Assembly: GCA_964457525.1 (NCBI GenBank)
Contig: CAYWGS010000008.1
Coordinates: forward strand, 1 to 28,754
Source of the DNA: an uncultured Erysipelotrichaceae bacterium
Lineage (GTDB): Bacteria; Bacillota_I; Bacilli_A; Erysipelotrichales; Erysipelotrichaceae
Length of the DNA stretch: 28,754 nt
Direction of reading: 5' to 3'
The notes beneath the pieces were generated by a model. It was not told the origin of the DNA and made no database searches. It was given only the letters and a program-made list of their open reading frames with translations. Made by a program: the position numbers and the translations under genes. Positions 1 through 8,869 of this stretch are shown piece by piece (within the stretch, counting starts at the first letter, position 1; each line of letters begins with the position of its first letter).

Positions 1-125
1 TTAAAAACAGTAAAATTATATATATTTTGTAAAAAATGGTCAATTTGATAAAAGATAAAATCAAAAAGATAAATAAGAAAAGGATACGAGGGTTATAATA
101 AAGACGGTAAGGTCAGGTGATAAAT

Positions 126-1289
126 ATGTTATTAACAATTTCTGAAGAAACACTACACACAGCAAATGCTTTCAATACCGCTAAAGAAATAACTCAGCAA
201 CCACAAACTTGGGAAAAAACGGTTCAATTAGTTCAATCCAGTAAAGAAGTGATTCATAACTACTTTAATCAGATTGGAGAGCTTGGATCATTTGATATTG
301 TTTTGATGGGAGCAGGTACCAGTGAATATATTGGGAATACCTTAGTACACTATTTAAATAAATTGAGTAATTATAATGCCAGAAGTATTGCGTCAACAGA
401 TATGATACTAAATCCTGAGATGTATATTAATCCAAATCGAAATACATTATTTATTTCATATGGAAGAAGTGGTAATTCACCAGAATCTGTTGGGTCTGTT
501 TCGGCTGTTAATGCGGTGACAAACAATGCTTTCCATTTATTCATTACGTGTAATAAGAATGGTTCACTTGCAAAGCTAGCGGTTAATAATCCGCGTATTT
601 TAGCAATCGAACTACCAGAAGAAACAAATGATTTGGGTTTTGCGATGACATCAAGTTTTACAAATATGTTATTGGCGACTGTTCTCTGTTTCAATGTGAA
701 TAGAATTGAAGAGTATAAAACACTCGTAAGTGCATTAGCAAAATCAGTTAAGAATGATATGGAATCACATGCAAAACAAGTTTATGATATGATTCAAGAC
801 TATCCTTTTGAACGAATTGTTTACTTAGGTTCACAATGTATGAAGGGTTTTGCACAGGAAAGTGCACTTAAAATATTAGAACTTACTCAAGGTCGTATTC
901 CAACATTATTTGATACATTAACTGGTTTTAGACATGGTCCTAAGTCATTTATTAATTCAAAAACATTGATTGTTATTTACTTAAGTGATGATGATTTTAT
1001 ACGTCGTTATGAATTAGACTTAATTAACGAATTAAAGTCACAACAAAAAGGTTATAAGATTTTGATTGTAAATCACAAAGAAAGTGAGATCAAAGCTGAT
1101 TTTAATATTCAATGTGATTATAATGAACAACCTATGATTTTAGTTGGATTGAAGATGATTGTCATTGCACATATGATTTCATTCTTCAAATCCTATTCAT
1201 TAGGTATTACAGTGGACAATCCTTGCCCAACAGGTGAGGTTAATCGAGTTGTGACAGGAGTTACTATTTATCCTGTAGAAAGGGTTTAA
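126..1289 (+). CDS. agaS: AgaS-type double-SIS sugar-phosphate isomerase/deaminase (galactosamine-6-P to tagatose-6-P)
   Basis: ORF track gives 117..1289 with a GTG start. The first ATG, at 126, lies 5 nt after AGGTGA (115-120). Motifs TAKEITQQPQTW, GAGTSEYIG and GRSGNSPES plus a second SIS half are typical of AgaS/GlmS-like isomerases. The next gene starts 2 nt after the stop. Confidence 0.85.
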   Translation: MLLTISEETLHTANAFNTAKEITQQPQTWEKTVQLVQSSKEVIHNYFNQIGELGSFDIVLMGAGTSEYIGNTLVHYLNKLSNYNARSIASTDMILNPEMYINPNRNTLFISYGRSGNSPESVGSVSAVNAVTNNAFHLFITCNKNGSLAKLAVNNPRILAIELPEETNDLGFAMTSSFTNMLLATVLCFNVNRIEEYKTLVSALAKSVKNDMESHAKQVYDMIQDYPFERIVYLGSQCMKGFAQESALKILELTQGRIPTLFDTLTGFRHGPKSFINSKTLIVIYLSDDDFIRRYELDLINELKSQQKGYKILIVNHKESEIKADFNIQCDYNEQPMILVGLKMIVIAHMISFFKSYSLGITVDNPCPTGEVNRVVTGVTIYPVERV

Positions 1290-1290
1290 T

Positions 1291-1725
1291 ATGATAGGCG
1301 TAATTATTACAGGGCATGGTCGTTTTTCTGAAGGTATGATGAGTAGTTTAAACATGATTGCAGGTCAATCCGAAGCACTTATTGGAGTTAATTTCTTAGA
1401 ATCTGAATCAACTGAAGATTTAGATAAGAACTTATTAAATGCGTATCATGAATTAAGAAAAACGTGTGAAGGCGTTATTATTGTTTGTGACTTATTTGGT
1501 GGATCACCGTTTAAACAAGCCGCAACGTTATCTGTTCAACAAGAAAATATTTCTGTATTAGCAGGAATTAATCTGGCGTCATGCTTAGAGTTAATTTTTG
1601 CACGATTAGCAGAAACAGATGCACAAGTGTTAGCGGATGCGATGTTAGAAAAAGACTCAAACCGTTTAATCAAATTCACGATGCCAACACGTAAAGAACA
1701 AGTTGATATGGAGGATGGAATCTAA
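1291..1725 (+). CDS. PTS mannose/sorbose-family EIIA component
   Basis: 144 aa. The N-terminus MIGVIITGHGRFSEG carries the phosphorylatable His9 characteristic of EIIA-Man domains. Packed between agaS and the yajC-like gene. Confidence 0.85.
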   Translation: MIGVIITGHGRFSEGMMSSLNMIAGQSEALIGVNFLESESTEDLDKNLLNAYHELRKTCEGVIIVCDLFGGSPFKQAATLSVQQENISVLAGINLASCLELIFARLAETDAQVLADAMLEKDSNRLIKFTMPTRKEQVDMEDGI

Positions 1726-2009
1726 TGTCTCTACAAGATTATGTTACTGGAACAATCATTCTTGCGATTAATGTTGTTATTTTGTTGCTAATTTACTTAG
1801 CAGTAAGTTATATTCGTTTAAAGAATCAAAAGAAACCATTTGAAGAATTGCACAATAAACTAGCTGCAGGTAATCAAGTGCTTTTAGCCAATGGATTCTA
1901 TGGCAAAATAGTTGAATTAACGCAGGAGTATGCACTTGTTGAGATTGCGCCAAAAGTGAATGTAAAAGTATCACGTTTTGCGATTCAATCAATCGTGGGG
2001 GATAAATAA
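1725..2009 (+). CDS. yajC: YajC-family small membrane protein
   Basis: 94 aa with a single N-terminal TM helix (IILAINVVILLLIYLAV). The following segment QKKPFEELHNKLAAGNQVLLANGFYGKIVEL...VEIAPKVNVKVSRFAI aligns with the YajC core (KGDEVLTNGGLVGRV...). TAATG stop/start overlaps occur at both ends (1725 and 2009). Confidence 0.7.
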   Translation: MSLQDYVTGTIILAINVVILLLIYLAVSYIRLKNQKKPFEELHNKLAAGNQVLLANGFYGKIVELTQEYALVEIAPKVNVKVSRFAIQSIVGDK

Positions 2010-3298
2010 TGCACCCACTTAAGACACTCTTAGATCAAAGACATCAATCTGAATTAAAGGGGATTATTTCGATTTGTACCGCAAGTCCAATGGTTATTGA
2101 AGCATGTTTCGATTATTACAAATCAGTTAAAAGTCCTTTAATCGTAGAAGCAACTGCGAATCAAGTAAATCAAGAAGGTGGATATACTGGAATGAAACCA
2201 CAAGATTATGTGGATTTTGTTCAGAAATTAGCAGAAAAAAATCAATTTCCACTGGATCGTTTGTTTTTAGGTGGAGATCATCTAGGTCCATTAACCTGGT
2301 CAAAATTACCAGCTGAAGAAGCCATGCAAAAAGCAGAAGTTTTAGTTCATGACTTTGTTTTAGCTGGATTTACAAAGATTCATCTAGATACGAGCATGAA
2401 ATTAGCGGATGATGGTGAAGTTTTATTAACTGAAACCATTGCGGAACGTGGCATTCGATTAATGAAGGTCTGTGAAGCAGCTTATCTTAAACGTAAAGAA
2501 ATTTATCCTGATGCATTATTGCCTGTTTATATTATTGGTTCAGAAGTTCCAATTCCTGGTGGTGCTCAAGAAGTTGAAGAAGGCCTTGAAGTAACTAAAG
2601 TAGATGATTTTAAACATACTGTTGAAGTTTATCAAGATTTAATGAATAAAGCTGGATTAGGATCTGTTTTTGAACGTGTACTTGCGGTTGTGGTACAACC
2701 AGGTGTTGAGTTTTCAGATGCGAGTGTACATGAATACAATCCTGTTAAAGCCAAATCATTAGTACAAAGTCTAAGTCTTTATCCAACACTTGTTTTTGAA
2801 GGACATTCAACCGATTATCAAACAAAATTTGGATTAAAACAAATGGTTGATGACAATATCTCGATTTTAAAAGTAGGTCCTGCTTTAACATTTGCCTTAC
2901 GTGAGGGTTTATTTGCTTTAGCTCTTATTGAAAATGCATGGGTCGATTCGAGTAAACAATCCCATTTTATTGAGTTATTAGAAGAAATTATGTTAGAAAA
3001 TCCAAGTAATTGGATAAAACATTACCATGGAAATGAACATGAATTAGGAATTAAACGAAAATATAGTTTTTCGGATCGTAGTCGTTATTACATGCCTGAT
3101 CATCGTTTAGAAGAAGCGATTAAGGTATTATTTGAGAATACGAAGGATGTTCCTTATTCTCTTTTAAGTCAATTTTTACCAATTCAATATCGTAAAGTAC
3201 GTGAAGGACAATTAGCTTATAATCCAGAACTTTGGGTTAAAGATGTTGTTCATGAATTATTGAATGATTATATTTATGCAGTTGAAAAGTCTCAGTAG
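2009..3298 (+). CDS. agaZ: GatZ/KbaZ (AgaZ)-family protein: tagatose-bisphosphate aldolase accessory subunit or tagatose-6-P 4-epimerase homologue
   Basis: 429 aa. N-terminal GIISICTASPMVIEA, ATANQVNQEGGYTGM and GGDHLGP resemble the GatZ/KbaZ family. Last gene of the agaS operon, followed by a terminator hairpin. Confidence 0.8.
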   Translation: MHPLKTLLDQRHQSELKGIISICTASPMVIEACFDYYKSVKSPLIVEATANQVNQEGGYTGMKPQDYVDFVQKLAEKNQFPLDRLFLGGDHLGPLTWSKLPAEEAMQKAEVLVHDFVLAGFTKIHLDTSMKLADDGEVLLTETIAERGIRLMKVCEAAYLKRKEIYPDALLPVYIIGSEVPIPGGAQEVEEGLEVTKVDDFKHTVEVYQDLMNKAGLGSVFERVLAVVVQPGVEFSDASVHEYNPVKAKSLVQSLSLYPTLVFEGHSTDYQTKFGLKQMVDDNISILKVGPALTFALREGLFALALIENAWVDSSKQSHFIELLEEIMLENPSNWIKHYHGNEHELGIKRKYSFSDRSRYYMPDHRLEEAIKVLFENTKDVPYSLLSQFLPIQYRKVREGQLAYNPELWVKDVVHELLNDYIYAVEKSQ

Positions 3299-3309
3299 AG
3301 ACTTTTTTT
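3286..3309 (+). terminator. Rho-independent terminator after agaZ
   Basis: AAAGTCTC / loop AGTA / GAGACTTT, followed by a 7-T run. The hairpin spans the agaZ stop codon. On the minus strand (AraC) the hairpin has no U-tract. Confidence 0.7.
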
Positions 3310-4471
3310 AATTCACAATCGATTTTGCGTATTCACTTGGAGAAATACCATACTGTAATTTGAATTTACGAGAGAAGTAATGTATAGAAGCGAATCCTAA
3401 CATATCGCTTACTTCACTCACTGTACGTGCTGATTTCTTAAGTAATATCTTGCTTTGTTCTAGTTTGATGTTGTTTATGTAATGCTTTGGTGAGATATCT
3501 AAATTTCGTTTGAATAATGCTTGTAAAGATGATCGGGAGATTGCGAATTTATCACAAATTTCATTAATACTTAATGAACTATTGATATGATTCATGATGT
3601 ACTGAGTAATTTCATTCATAAGTTCATCTTCATAGTGTTGTTGCATTGGATTAATATTCTGTGAAGCAAATTCAATTTCATTGGTTTCATCCATGGCGTA
3701 AATTATTAATAGTTTTAATAAACTCAATAACAATTCATTTATGTGCTCCCAATTCTCATTGGATAAGTGCATGAACATGGATAATGTTTGATACATATTT
3801 TTACTACAATGGATGACCCTATTAGCGAGTTTCTCTGGCTCCATTTCTTTCATATCAAACATAATTGTCATATAAGAGCAGGTACTTTTATCGGTTGTAC
3901 GTTGAGTATGAAATTGATGTGGGCTATAAAAGAAGATCGAACGAGTAGGGAGTATATAATCTTCACCTTCAACATTCGTGATGAGTTCACCATTATCTAC
4001 GAATGTCATTTCCCAGTATGGATGTTTTTCGCCTTCGAAGAAATATGAGTTTCCTTTAGTGGAATAGTAGTAAGCATAGATCTCTTGAACCTTTATGGAT
4101 GACTTAATGCCCACTGAACCAAACTCAGGTATTCTTACTTTTTGACTGTTCGCATTTAAGTTCATTTGTATGGTAACGATACCAGACTGAGATAGACTAA
4201 TAAAGTTAAAATAGGTACCTGGTTTTATTTTTAATGTTTTATGTATTGCGAAGAGTTCAGGTTTTTCATTTAAATCGTTTAAAAATACAATACCAATGAT
4301 TCCACTATCGACTTGTACGCATACAGATCGATCATAGACATAGACTTCATCTATTTTTTTCTTTTTTATGGTTTTTTTAGCATTAAAATAGTTCGAATTA
4401 CCATTATTTGGTAGATTTTTCAATATTTCACAATACTTTGCACATTGTATCGAAGTTGTCTTTTTGTACAT
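3308..4471 (-). CDS. AraC-family transcriptional regulator with cupin-like sensor region and an extra N-terminal segment
   Basis: The C-terminal AraC double HTH is present (SINEICDKFAISRSSLQALFKR ... VSEVSDMLGFASIHYFSRKFKLQYGISPSEYA). A central cupin-like stretch reads HPYWEMTFVDNGELI...FYSPHQFH. I prefer the ATG at 4471 (MYKKTT) because GGAG lies 6-9 nt upstream; the ORF track starts at 4501. Confidence 0.85.
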   Translation of the reverse strand: MYKKTTSIQCAKYCEILKNLPNNGNSNYFNAKKTIKKKKIDEVYVYDRSVCVQVDSGIIGIVFLNDLNEKPELFAIHKTLKIKPGTYFNFISLSQSGIVTIQMNLNANSQKVRIPEFGSVGIKSSIKVQEIYAYYYSTKGNSYFFEGEKHPYWEMTFVDNGELITNVEGEDYILPTRSIFFYSPHQFHTQRTTDKSTCSYMTIMFDMKEMEPEKLANRVIHCSKNMYQTLSMFMHLSNENWEHINELLLSLLKLLIIYAMDETNEIEFASQNINPMQQHYEDELMNEITQYIMNHINSSLSINEICDKFAISRSSLQALFKRNLDISPKHYINNIKLEQSKILLKKSARTVSEVSDMLGFASIHYFSRKFKLQYGISPSEYAKSIVN

Positions 4472-4590
4472 TTTATATCTCCTATATTTGTGATAATTCA
4501 CACTATAAATTAATTCTATAACGAAAAATACAAATAGTATAGGTAAAAATATAAAGCAATTGAGTTTTTATAGGGTTATATTAAATGTAG

Positions 4591-4604
4591 GTAAAGCGCT
4601 ATCA
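4591..4604. promoter_or_regulatory. Candidate catabolite-responsive element (cre) upstream of PTS EIIB
   Basis: GTAAAGCGCTATCA matches 12 of 14 positions of TGWAANCGNTNWCA, with the central CG conserved. It lies 17 nt upstream of the EIIB SD. Confidence 0.35.
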
Positions 4605-4632
4605 CGGCGTTACTAGGAATGGAGGGAGTGCA

Positions 4633-5112
4633 GTGGCAAATATAGTTTTGACAAGAATTGATAATCGTTTAATCCATGGGCAAGTGGCAACACAATGGGC
4701 TTCAAGTGTTAAAGGAAATCTTATTCTTGTGGCTAATGATAAAGTTGCGAATGATACCTTTAGACAAGGTCTCATGGATATGGCAGCACCGAGTTTTTGC
4801 CAAACTCGCTATTTTACCTTAGAGAAGACGATCAACGTCATTCATAAGGCAAGCCCTGAGCAGAAGATTATCATCATGTGCGATAATCCAAGTGATGTCT
4901 TGACTTTGGTAGAGGGGGGCGTCCCTATTACAAAAGTTAACATCGGTAACATGCACATGGCTGAAGGCAAGCGTCAAGTTGCGACGGTTGTGGCTGTAGA
5001 TGACAAAGATGTTGCGGCTTTTCAAAGATTAGTCGAACTTGGGGTAGAACTTGAGATTCGAAAAGTACCGAGTGAAGGTACAGAAGATGTTCAAAAATTA
5101 TTTAAAAAATAA
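4633..5112 (+). CDS. PTS mannose/sorbose-family EIIB component
   Basis: 159 aa. MANIVLTRIDNRLIHGQVATQW contains the canonical EIIB-Man phospho-His (His15). GTG start, preceded by GGAGGGAG (4621-4628). Confidence 0.9.
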   Translation: MANIVLTRIDNRLIHGQVATQWASSVKGNLILVANDKVANDTFRQGLMDMAAPSFCQTRYFTLEKTINVIHKASPEQKIIIMCDNPSDVLTLVEGGVPITKVNIGNMHMAEGKRQVATVVAVDDKDVAAFQRLVELGVELEIRKVPSEGTEDVQKLFKK

Positions 5113-5127
5113 AGGAGATGAAACAAT

Positions 5128-5922
5128 ATGACTTTTAGCTTTATTCAAATTTTACTTGTTATGATTGTAACTTTCATCGCCGCTATTGATCAGTTCTCTT
5201 TCCTTGAATCATTATATCAACCAATCGTAATGGGACCAGTTGTTGGTGCTATTCTTGGTGATATGAACACTGGCTTAATCGTTGGTGGTTCTTATCAATT
5301 AATGATGATTGGTAGTATGCCGGTCGGCGGTGCTCAACCACCTAACAGTGTTATCGGTGGAATCATGGCAACAGTGTTTGCGATTTCCATGAATATTACA
5401 GACCCACAAGCTGCGCTTGGTTTATCCATTCCGTTTGCTTTATTAGGTCAATATGCAGTTATCTTAGTGTTTACAATCACTTCACCATTAATGGCTAAGG
5501 CTGATGATTATGCTAAGAATGCTGATACTAAAGGCATTGAACGTTTAAACTACATTACAATGGGTTTACTCGGATTATTATTCGCATTCGTCGTATTGGC
5601 TGGATTACTATTCGGTCAAGCTATTGGTGAAACTTTAACCAACGTATTACCTATCTGGGTATGGAATGGTTTAAAGGCTGCTGGTGGTATGATGCGTTTC
5701 GTAGGGTTTGCTGTATTGTTGAAAGTTATGATGTCAAACGAATACTGGGGCTTCTATTTCGCAGGATTCGCATTGGCTACAATCGTCGACAAAGCTGGTT
5801 TAGGCGGACAAGCTTTAGCACTTATCGCTCTAATCGGATTTGCAATTGCAGTTTACGACTATCAAACTAATGTTAAGATGAAACAATTTGGTAAAAAGGA
5901 GGTAAGCAATGATGGCATCTAA
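5128..5922 (+). CDS. PTS mannose/sorbose-family EIIC component
   Basis: 264 aa polytopic membrane protein. N-terminal IAAIDQFSFLESLYQPIVMGPVVGAILGD is typical of ManY/AgaC-type EIIC. SD AAGGAG lies upstream. Confidence 0.85.
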   Translation: MTFSFIQILLVMIVTFIAAIDQFSFLESLYQPIVMGPVVGAILGDMNTGLIVGGSYQLMMIGSMPVGGAQPPNSVIGGIMATVFAISMNITDPQAALGLSIPFALLGQYAVILVFTITSPLMAKADDYAKNADTKGIERLNYITMGLLGLLFAFVVLAGLLFGQAIGETLTNVLPIWVWNGLKAAGGMMRFVGFAVLLKVMMSNEYWGFYFAGFALATIVDKAGLGGQALALIALIGFAIAVYDYQTNVKMKQFGKKEVSNDGI

Positions 5923-6736
5923 TCTTGCAACAAATTATCGTGATCTAAATCCAGCGGCTCCGCTCGATAAAAAGACCTTGAACCAAATGGCTTGGCGTTC
6001 CCTCTTCTTGCAAGGTTCATTCAACTATGAACGTATGCAAGCTGCAGGATGGTTATATGGTATTATTCCAGGATTGAAGAAAATTCATACTGACAAAGAA
6101 GACTTATCATTATCCATGCAACACAACCTTGAGTTCTTTAATACTCACCCATTCTTAGTAACATTCGTTATGGGTATCGTTCTATCCATGGAACAAGAAA
6201 AATCCGATATCGGTACAATCCGTGCAGTACGTGTTGCTGCTATGGGTCCTCTAGGTGGTATTGGTGATGCTATTTTCTGGTTTACACTCGTTCCGATCGC
6301 TGCTGGTATCAGTGCTAATATGGCACTTGATGGCAGTATCGCTGGTCCAATTGTATTCTTGTTGATGTTCAACGTTGTACAATTCGCAGTACGTTATTGG
6401 TTAATGCACTGGTCCTATAACTTAGGTACTAAGGCAATCGAAGCAATTACTCGTAATGCAAAAGAATTTACACGTGCAGCTTCCATCTTAGGTATCTTGG
6501 TTGTCGGTTCTCTTACTTCCTTATATGGTGGTACAACAATCGCATTAACAATTCCTAACGGTGAAAGTCCTATTGTTTTACAAAATATCTTAGACGGTAT
6601 CTTACCAAAACTTATCCCATTAGGCTTAACACTTGGTTTATACTGGCTCATTAAAAACAAAAACTGGTCTGCTGTTAAGTGTATTGCACTTCTCTTAGTT
6701 CTAGGATTAGTTGGCGGATTCTTAGGATTATTCTAA
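5909..6736 (+). CDS. PTS mannose/sorbose-family EIID component
   Basis: 275 aa. WRSLFLQGSFNYERMQAAGWLYGIIPGLKKI is the ManZ/AgaD signature. GGAGG sits 6 nt upstream of the ATG. The gene overlaps EIIC by 14 nt. Confidence 0.9.
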   Translation: MMASNLATNYRDLNPAAPLDKKTLNQMAWRSLFLQGSFNYERMQAAGWLYGIIPGLKKIHTDKEDLSLSMQHNLEFFNTHPFLVTFVMGIVLSMEQEKSDIGTIRAVRVAAMGPLGGIGDAIFWFTLVPIAAGISANMALDGSIAGPIVFLLMFNVVQFAVRYWLMHWSYNLGTKAIEAITRNAKEFTRAASILGILVVGSLTSLYGGTTIALTIPNGESPIVLQNILDGILPKLIPLGLTLGLYWLIKNKNWSAVKCIALLLVLGLVGGFLGLF

Positions 6737-6760
6737 TCAGTTAATACTCCCTTCCAAACC

Positions 6761-6785
6761 AGGAATCTCTCGCGAGATTCCTTTT
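6761..6785 (+). terminator. Probable rho-independent terminator after PTS EIID
   Basis: AGGAATCTC / loop TCGC / GAGATTCCT (9 bp), followed by a short TTTT tract. Confidence 0.55.
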
Positions 6786-6812
6786 CCTGTTAAAAGTAAA
6801 AGTGTGAAAAAT

Positions 6813-8057
6813 ATGAAAATTTCAATCAAAAAATCATGTATTACGCCTGTTGTACCAAGTTATTTATCAGGTCAAATCAATCGAATAGAGAAGCATACTT
6901 CAGTTCTAGATGATTTGTTTTGTTATGTACTTGTGATGGAACATAATGGGAATAAGATTTGCATGTTACAGTATGATTTACTTCAATTTGATGATTATTT
7001 ATCCAATCGAATTCGTAACCGTGTAAAAGATGAACTCAATATCTCTTTTGAATCCGTCTTTACGATTCCAAGTCATACGCATGCTGCACCAGAAGTACTT
7101 AGAGATGGTTTGTTTGGGATTAAAACGGAATCGAGTGTAGCGGAAGGCTACCTCGATTTCTTAGTTGATGTTAGTGTTAAAACGGCACTTGTTGCGAATG
7201 ACACACTCATAGAGTCAGATCTTTCTTATAGTGAATATGCGATTGATGGTTATTATGGTAATCGTAATAATAAGAATAATCCAGCAGATAAGAAAATACG
7301 ATTTGTACAGTTTAAAGCAAACAATAATACGCTTGGAATGCTTGTAAATCTATCTTGTCATCCAACAGTATTAGGTCAAACAAATACTCAGATAAGTGCT
7401 GATTTATTTGGTTATATTCGTAAGGGATTGGAAGAGCGTTACAATTGCCCAGTGTTTATGAGCAATGGAGCTGAAGGAGATATCAGTAATCGTCATTACC
7501 GTTTGAGTGATGATGTGAATGAACTTATTCGAACAGGTAAAGGAATTCTAGAACAGATACCGAGTACACTAGTGTTCAATGATTTTAAGAGTGTTAATTT
7601 AAAAATATACACTAAACAATTTAATTTTCATTGCTTTAATGATACTAAACGTTTAGAAGAAGCAATCCAGCGCAATAATCAACTTATATTACAATCAAGT
7701 GATAAGGATCAATTAAAGATACTAAACGCAACAAATACTGTTTTATATCATCAGATAAAGAAAAATATTGATGATATCCTAAGTATTTCATACAGTATTA
7801 TCCAACTTGGAGACGTATTTATTGTGACTGTACCAATGGAACTATTCTCAAGTTTATATTTGAAAATTGATCAAACAAATCCTGTTCTATTGTTTGGTTT
7901 GACGAATACATCGGTAGGTTATTGTGCAGATGAATTATCCTATGATTCAACCTATGAAGGTCTAACCAGTCCGTTTATAAAAGGTGAGGGTGAACGATTC
8001 ATCCAAGAGATAAATAAAGAATTGAGTCAAATAAGACGCAGATTAGAATCAATTTGA
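6813..8057 (+). CDS. Neutral/alkaline-ceramidase-like (N-terminal domain family) putative metallo-amidohydrolase, cytoplasmic
   Basis: There is no signal peptide. Four motifs are spaced as in the neutral ceramidase catalytic domain: N-terminal SCITPVVPSYLSGQ, PSHTHAAPE (compare HTHSGP), NLSCHPTVLG and NGAEGDISNR (compare GDVSPN). The start is uncertain (ATG 6813 or GTG 6804) and neither has a clear SD. Confidence 0.45.
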   Translation: MKISIKKSCITPVVPSYLSGQINRIEKHTSVLDDLFCYVLVMEHNGNKICMLQYDLLQFDDYLSNRIRNRVKDELNISFESVFTIPSHTHAAPEVLRDGLFGIKTESSVAEGYLDFLVDVSVKTALVANDTLIESDLSYSEYAIDGYYGNRNNKNNPADKKIRFVQFKANNNTLGMLVNLSCHPTVLGQTNTQISADLFGYIRKGLEERYNCPVFMSNGAEGDISNRHYRLSDDVNELIRTGKGILEQIPSTLVFNDFKSVNLKIYTKQFNFHCFNDTKRLEEAIQRNNQLILQSSDKDQLKILNATNTVLYHQIKKNIDDILSISYSIIQLGDVFIVTVPMELFSSLYLKIDQTNPVLLFGLTNTSVGYCADELSYDSTYEGLTSPFIKGEGERFIQEINKELSQIRRRLESI

Positions 8058-8080
8058 TACAATAGTATTGAGGTTTATGT

Positions 8081-8869
8081 ATGAAAGAAAAAATAGTGTT
8101 TATTGAATCCATATTACCAGAGATTAGAGAATTGATATTAAGTAAGACCATTCAAGAAGTGATTGTAAAGGATAATGAATTTGATAATATTGTGACTGAT
8201 TTAGATATACTTGTACAAAATACGTTGATCAAATCTCTTACAGAGAAATTTCCAGATACACAAGTTTTAGGTGAAGAAAGTGAAGAGCATATCTTTACCG
8301 ATAAGATGTGGATTATTGATCCGATTGATGGAACAAAGAACTTTTTTAGACGTAAAGAAGATTTCGCAATATCCATTGCTTATTATGAAAATATGAAACC
8401 TGTATTTGGGTTTGTTTTTGATGTAGTTAAAAATGATATTTATCTTGGGATTGTTGGTCAAGGTGCTTATCTAAATAAACAAGCATTAAGTAAATTACCG
8501 ATACGTACCATGAATCAATCAGTCCTAGATATGAACTTAAAGACTTTATATACCTTAGAAGAAAAATACAATGCAAATGTTAAACTTGTTTCAACTCAAG
8601 TCTTTGCTCATCGTAATATTGGATCTGCGGCAATTAGTATGTGTCAAATCGCACGAGGTTTACATGATATTTATATTTCCAGTCATTTAAAACTATGGGA
8701 TTATGCGGCTTCAAGTATTGTGTTAAAAGAAGTGGGTGGAGAAGTTTATTTCCCATTTGAAGATAAAAAAGAATTAAATGTTAAGTCTGTATTCTTATTT
8801 GCGACAAGCAGTAAAGAAGTATATCAAGATCTAAACCAATTACTATACGGAGACCAACATGCGAGCTGA
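8081..8869 (+). CDS. Inositol-monophosphatase (IMPase/SuhB) family phosphatase
   Basis: 262 aa. Both IMPase motifs are present: WIIDPIDGTKNF and LWDYAASSIVLKEVGG. GAGG SD lies upstream. Confidence 0.85.
   Translation: MKEKIVFIESILPEIRELILSKTIQEVIVKDNEFDNIVTDLDILVQNTLIKSLTEKFPDTQVLGEESEEHIFTDKMWIIDPIDGTKNFFRRKEDFAISIAYYENMKPVFGFVFDVVKNDIYLGIVGQGAYLNKQALSKLPIRTMNQSVLDMNLKTLYTLEEKYNANVKLVSTQVFAHRNIGSAAISMCQIARGLHDIYISSHLKLWDYAASSIVLKEVGGEVYFPFEDKKELNVKSVFLFATSSKEVYQDLNQLLYGDQHAS

Noticed and set aside
47-73. Three GATAAA(A/T) copies at 47, 54 and 68 upstream of agaS as an activator site
   Set aside because: This is a low-complexity A-rich tract. The window starts at position 1, so the full upstream context and the -35 are not assessable, and the motif is absent from the EIIB promoter region.
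4538-4598. Direct repeat TAGGTAAA (two copies, about 48 nt apart) as AraC binding sites upstream of EIIB
   Set aside because: It is only an 8-mer in an AT-rich 160-bp region, so chance recurrence is not negligible. No matching copy occurs upstream of agaS.
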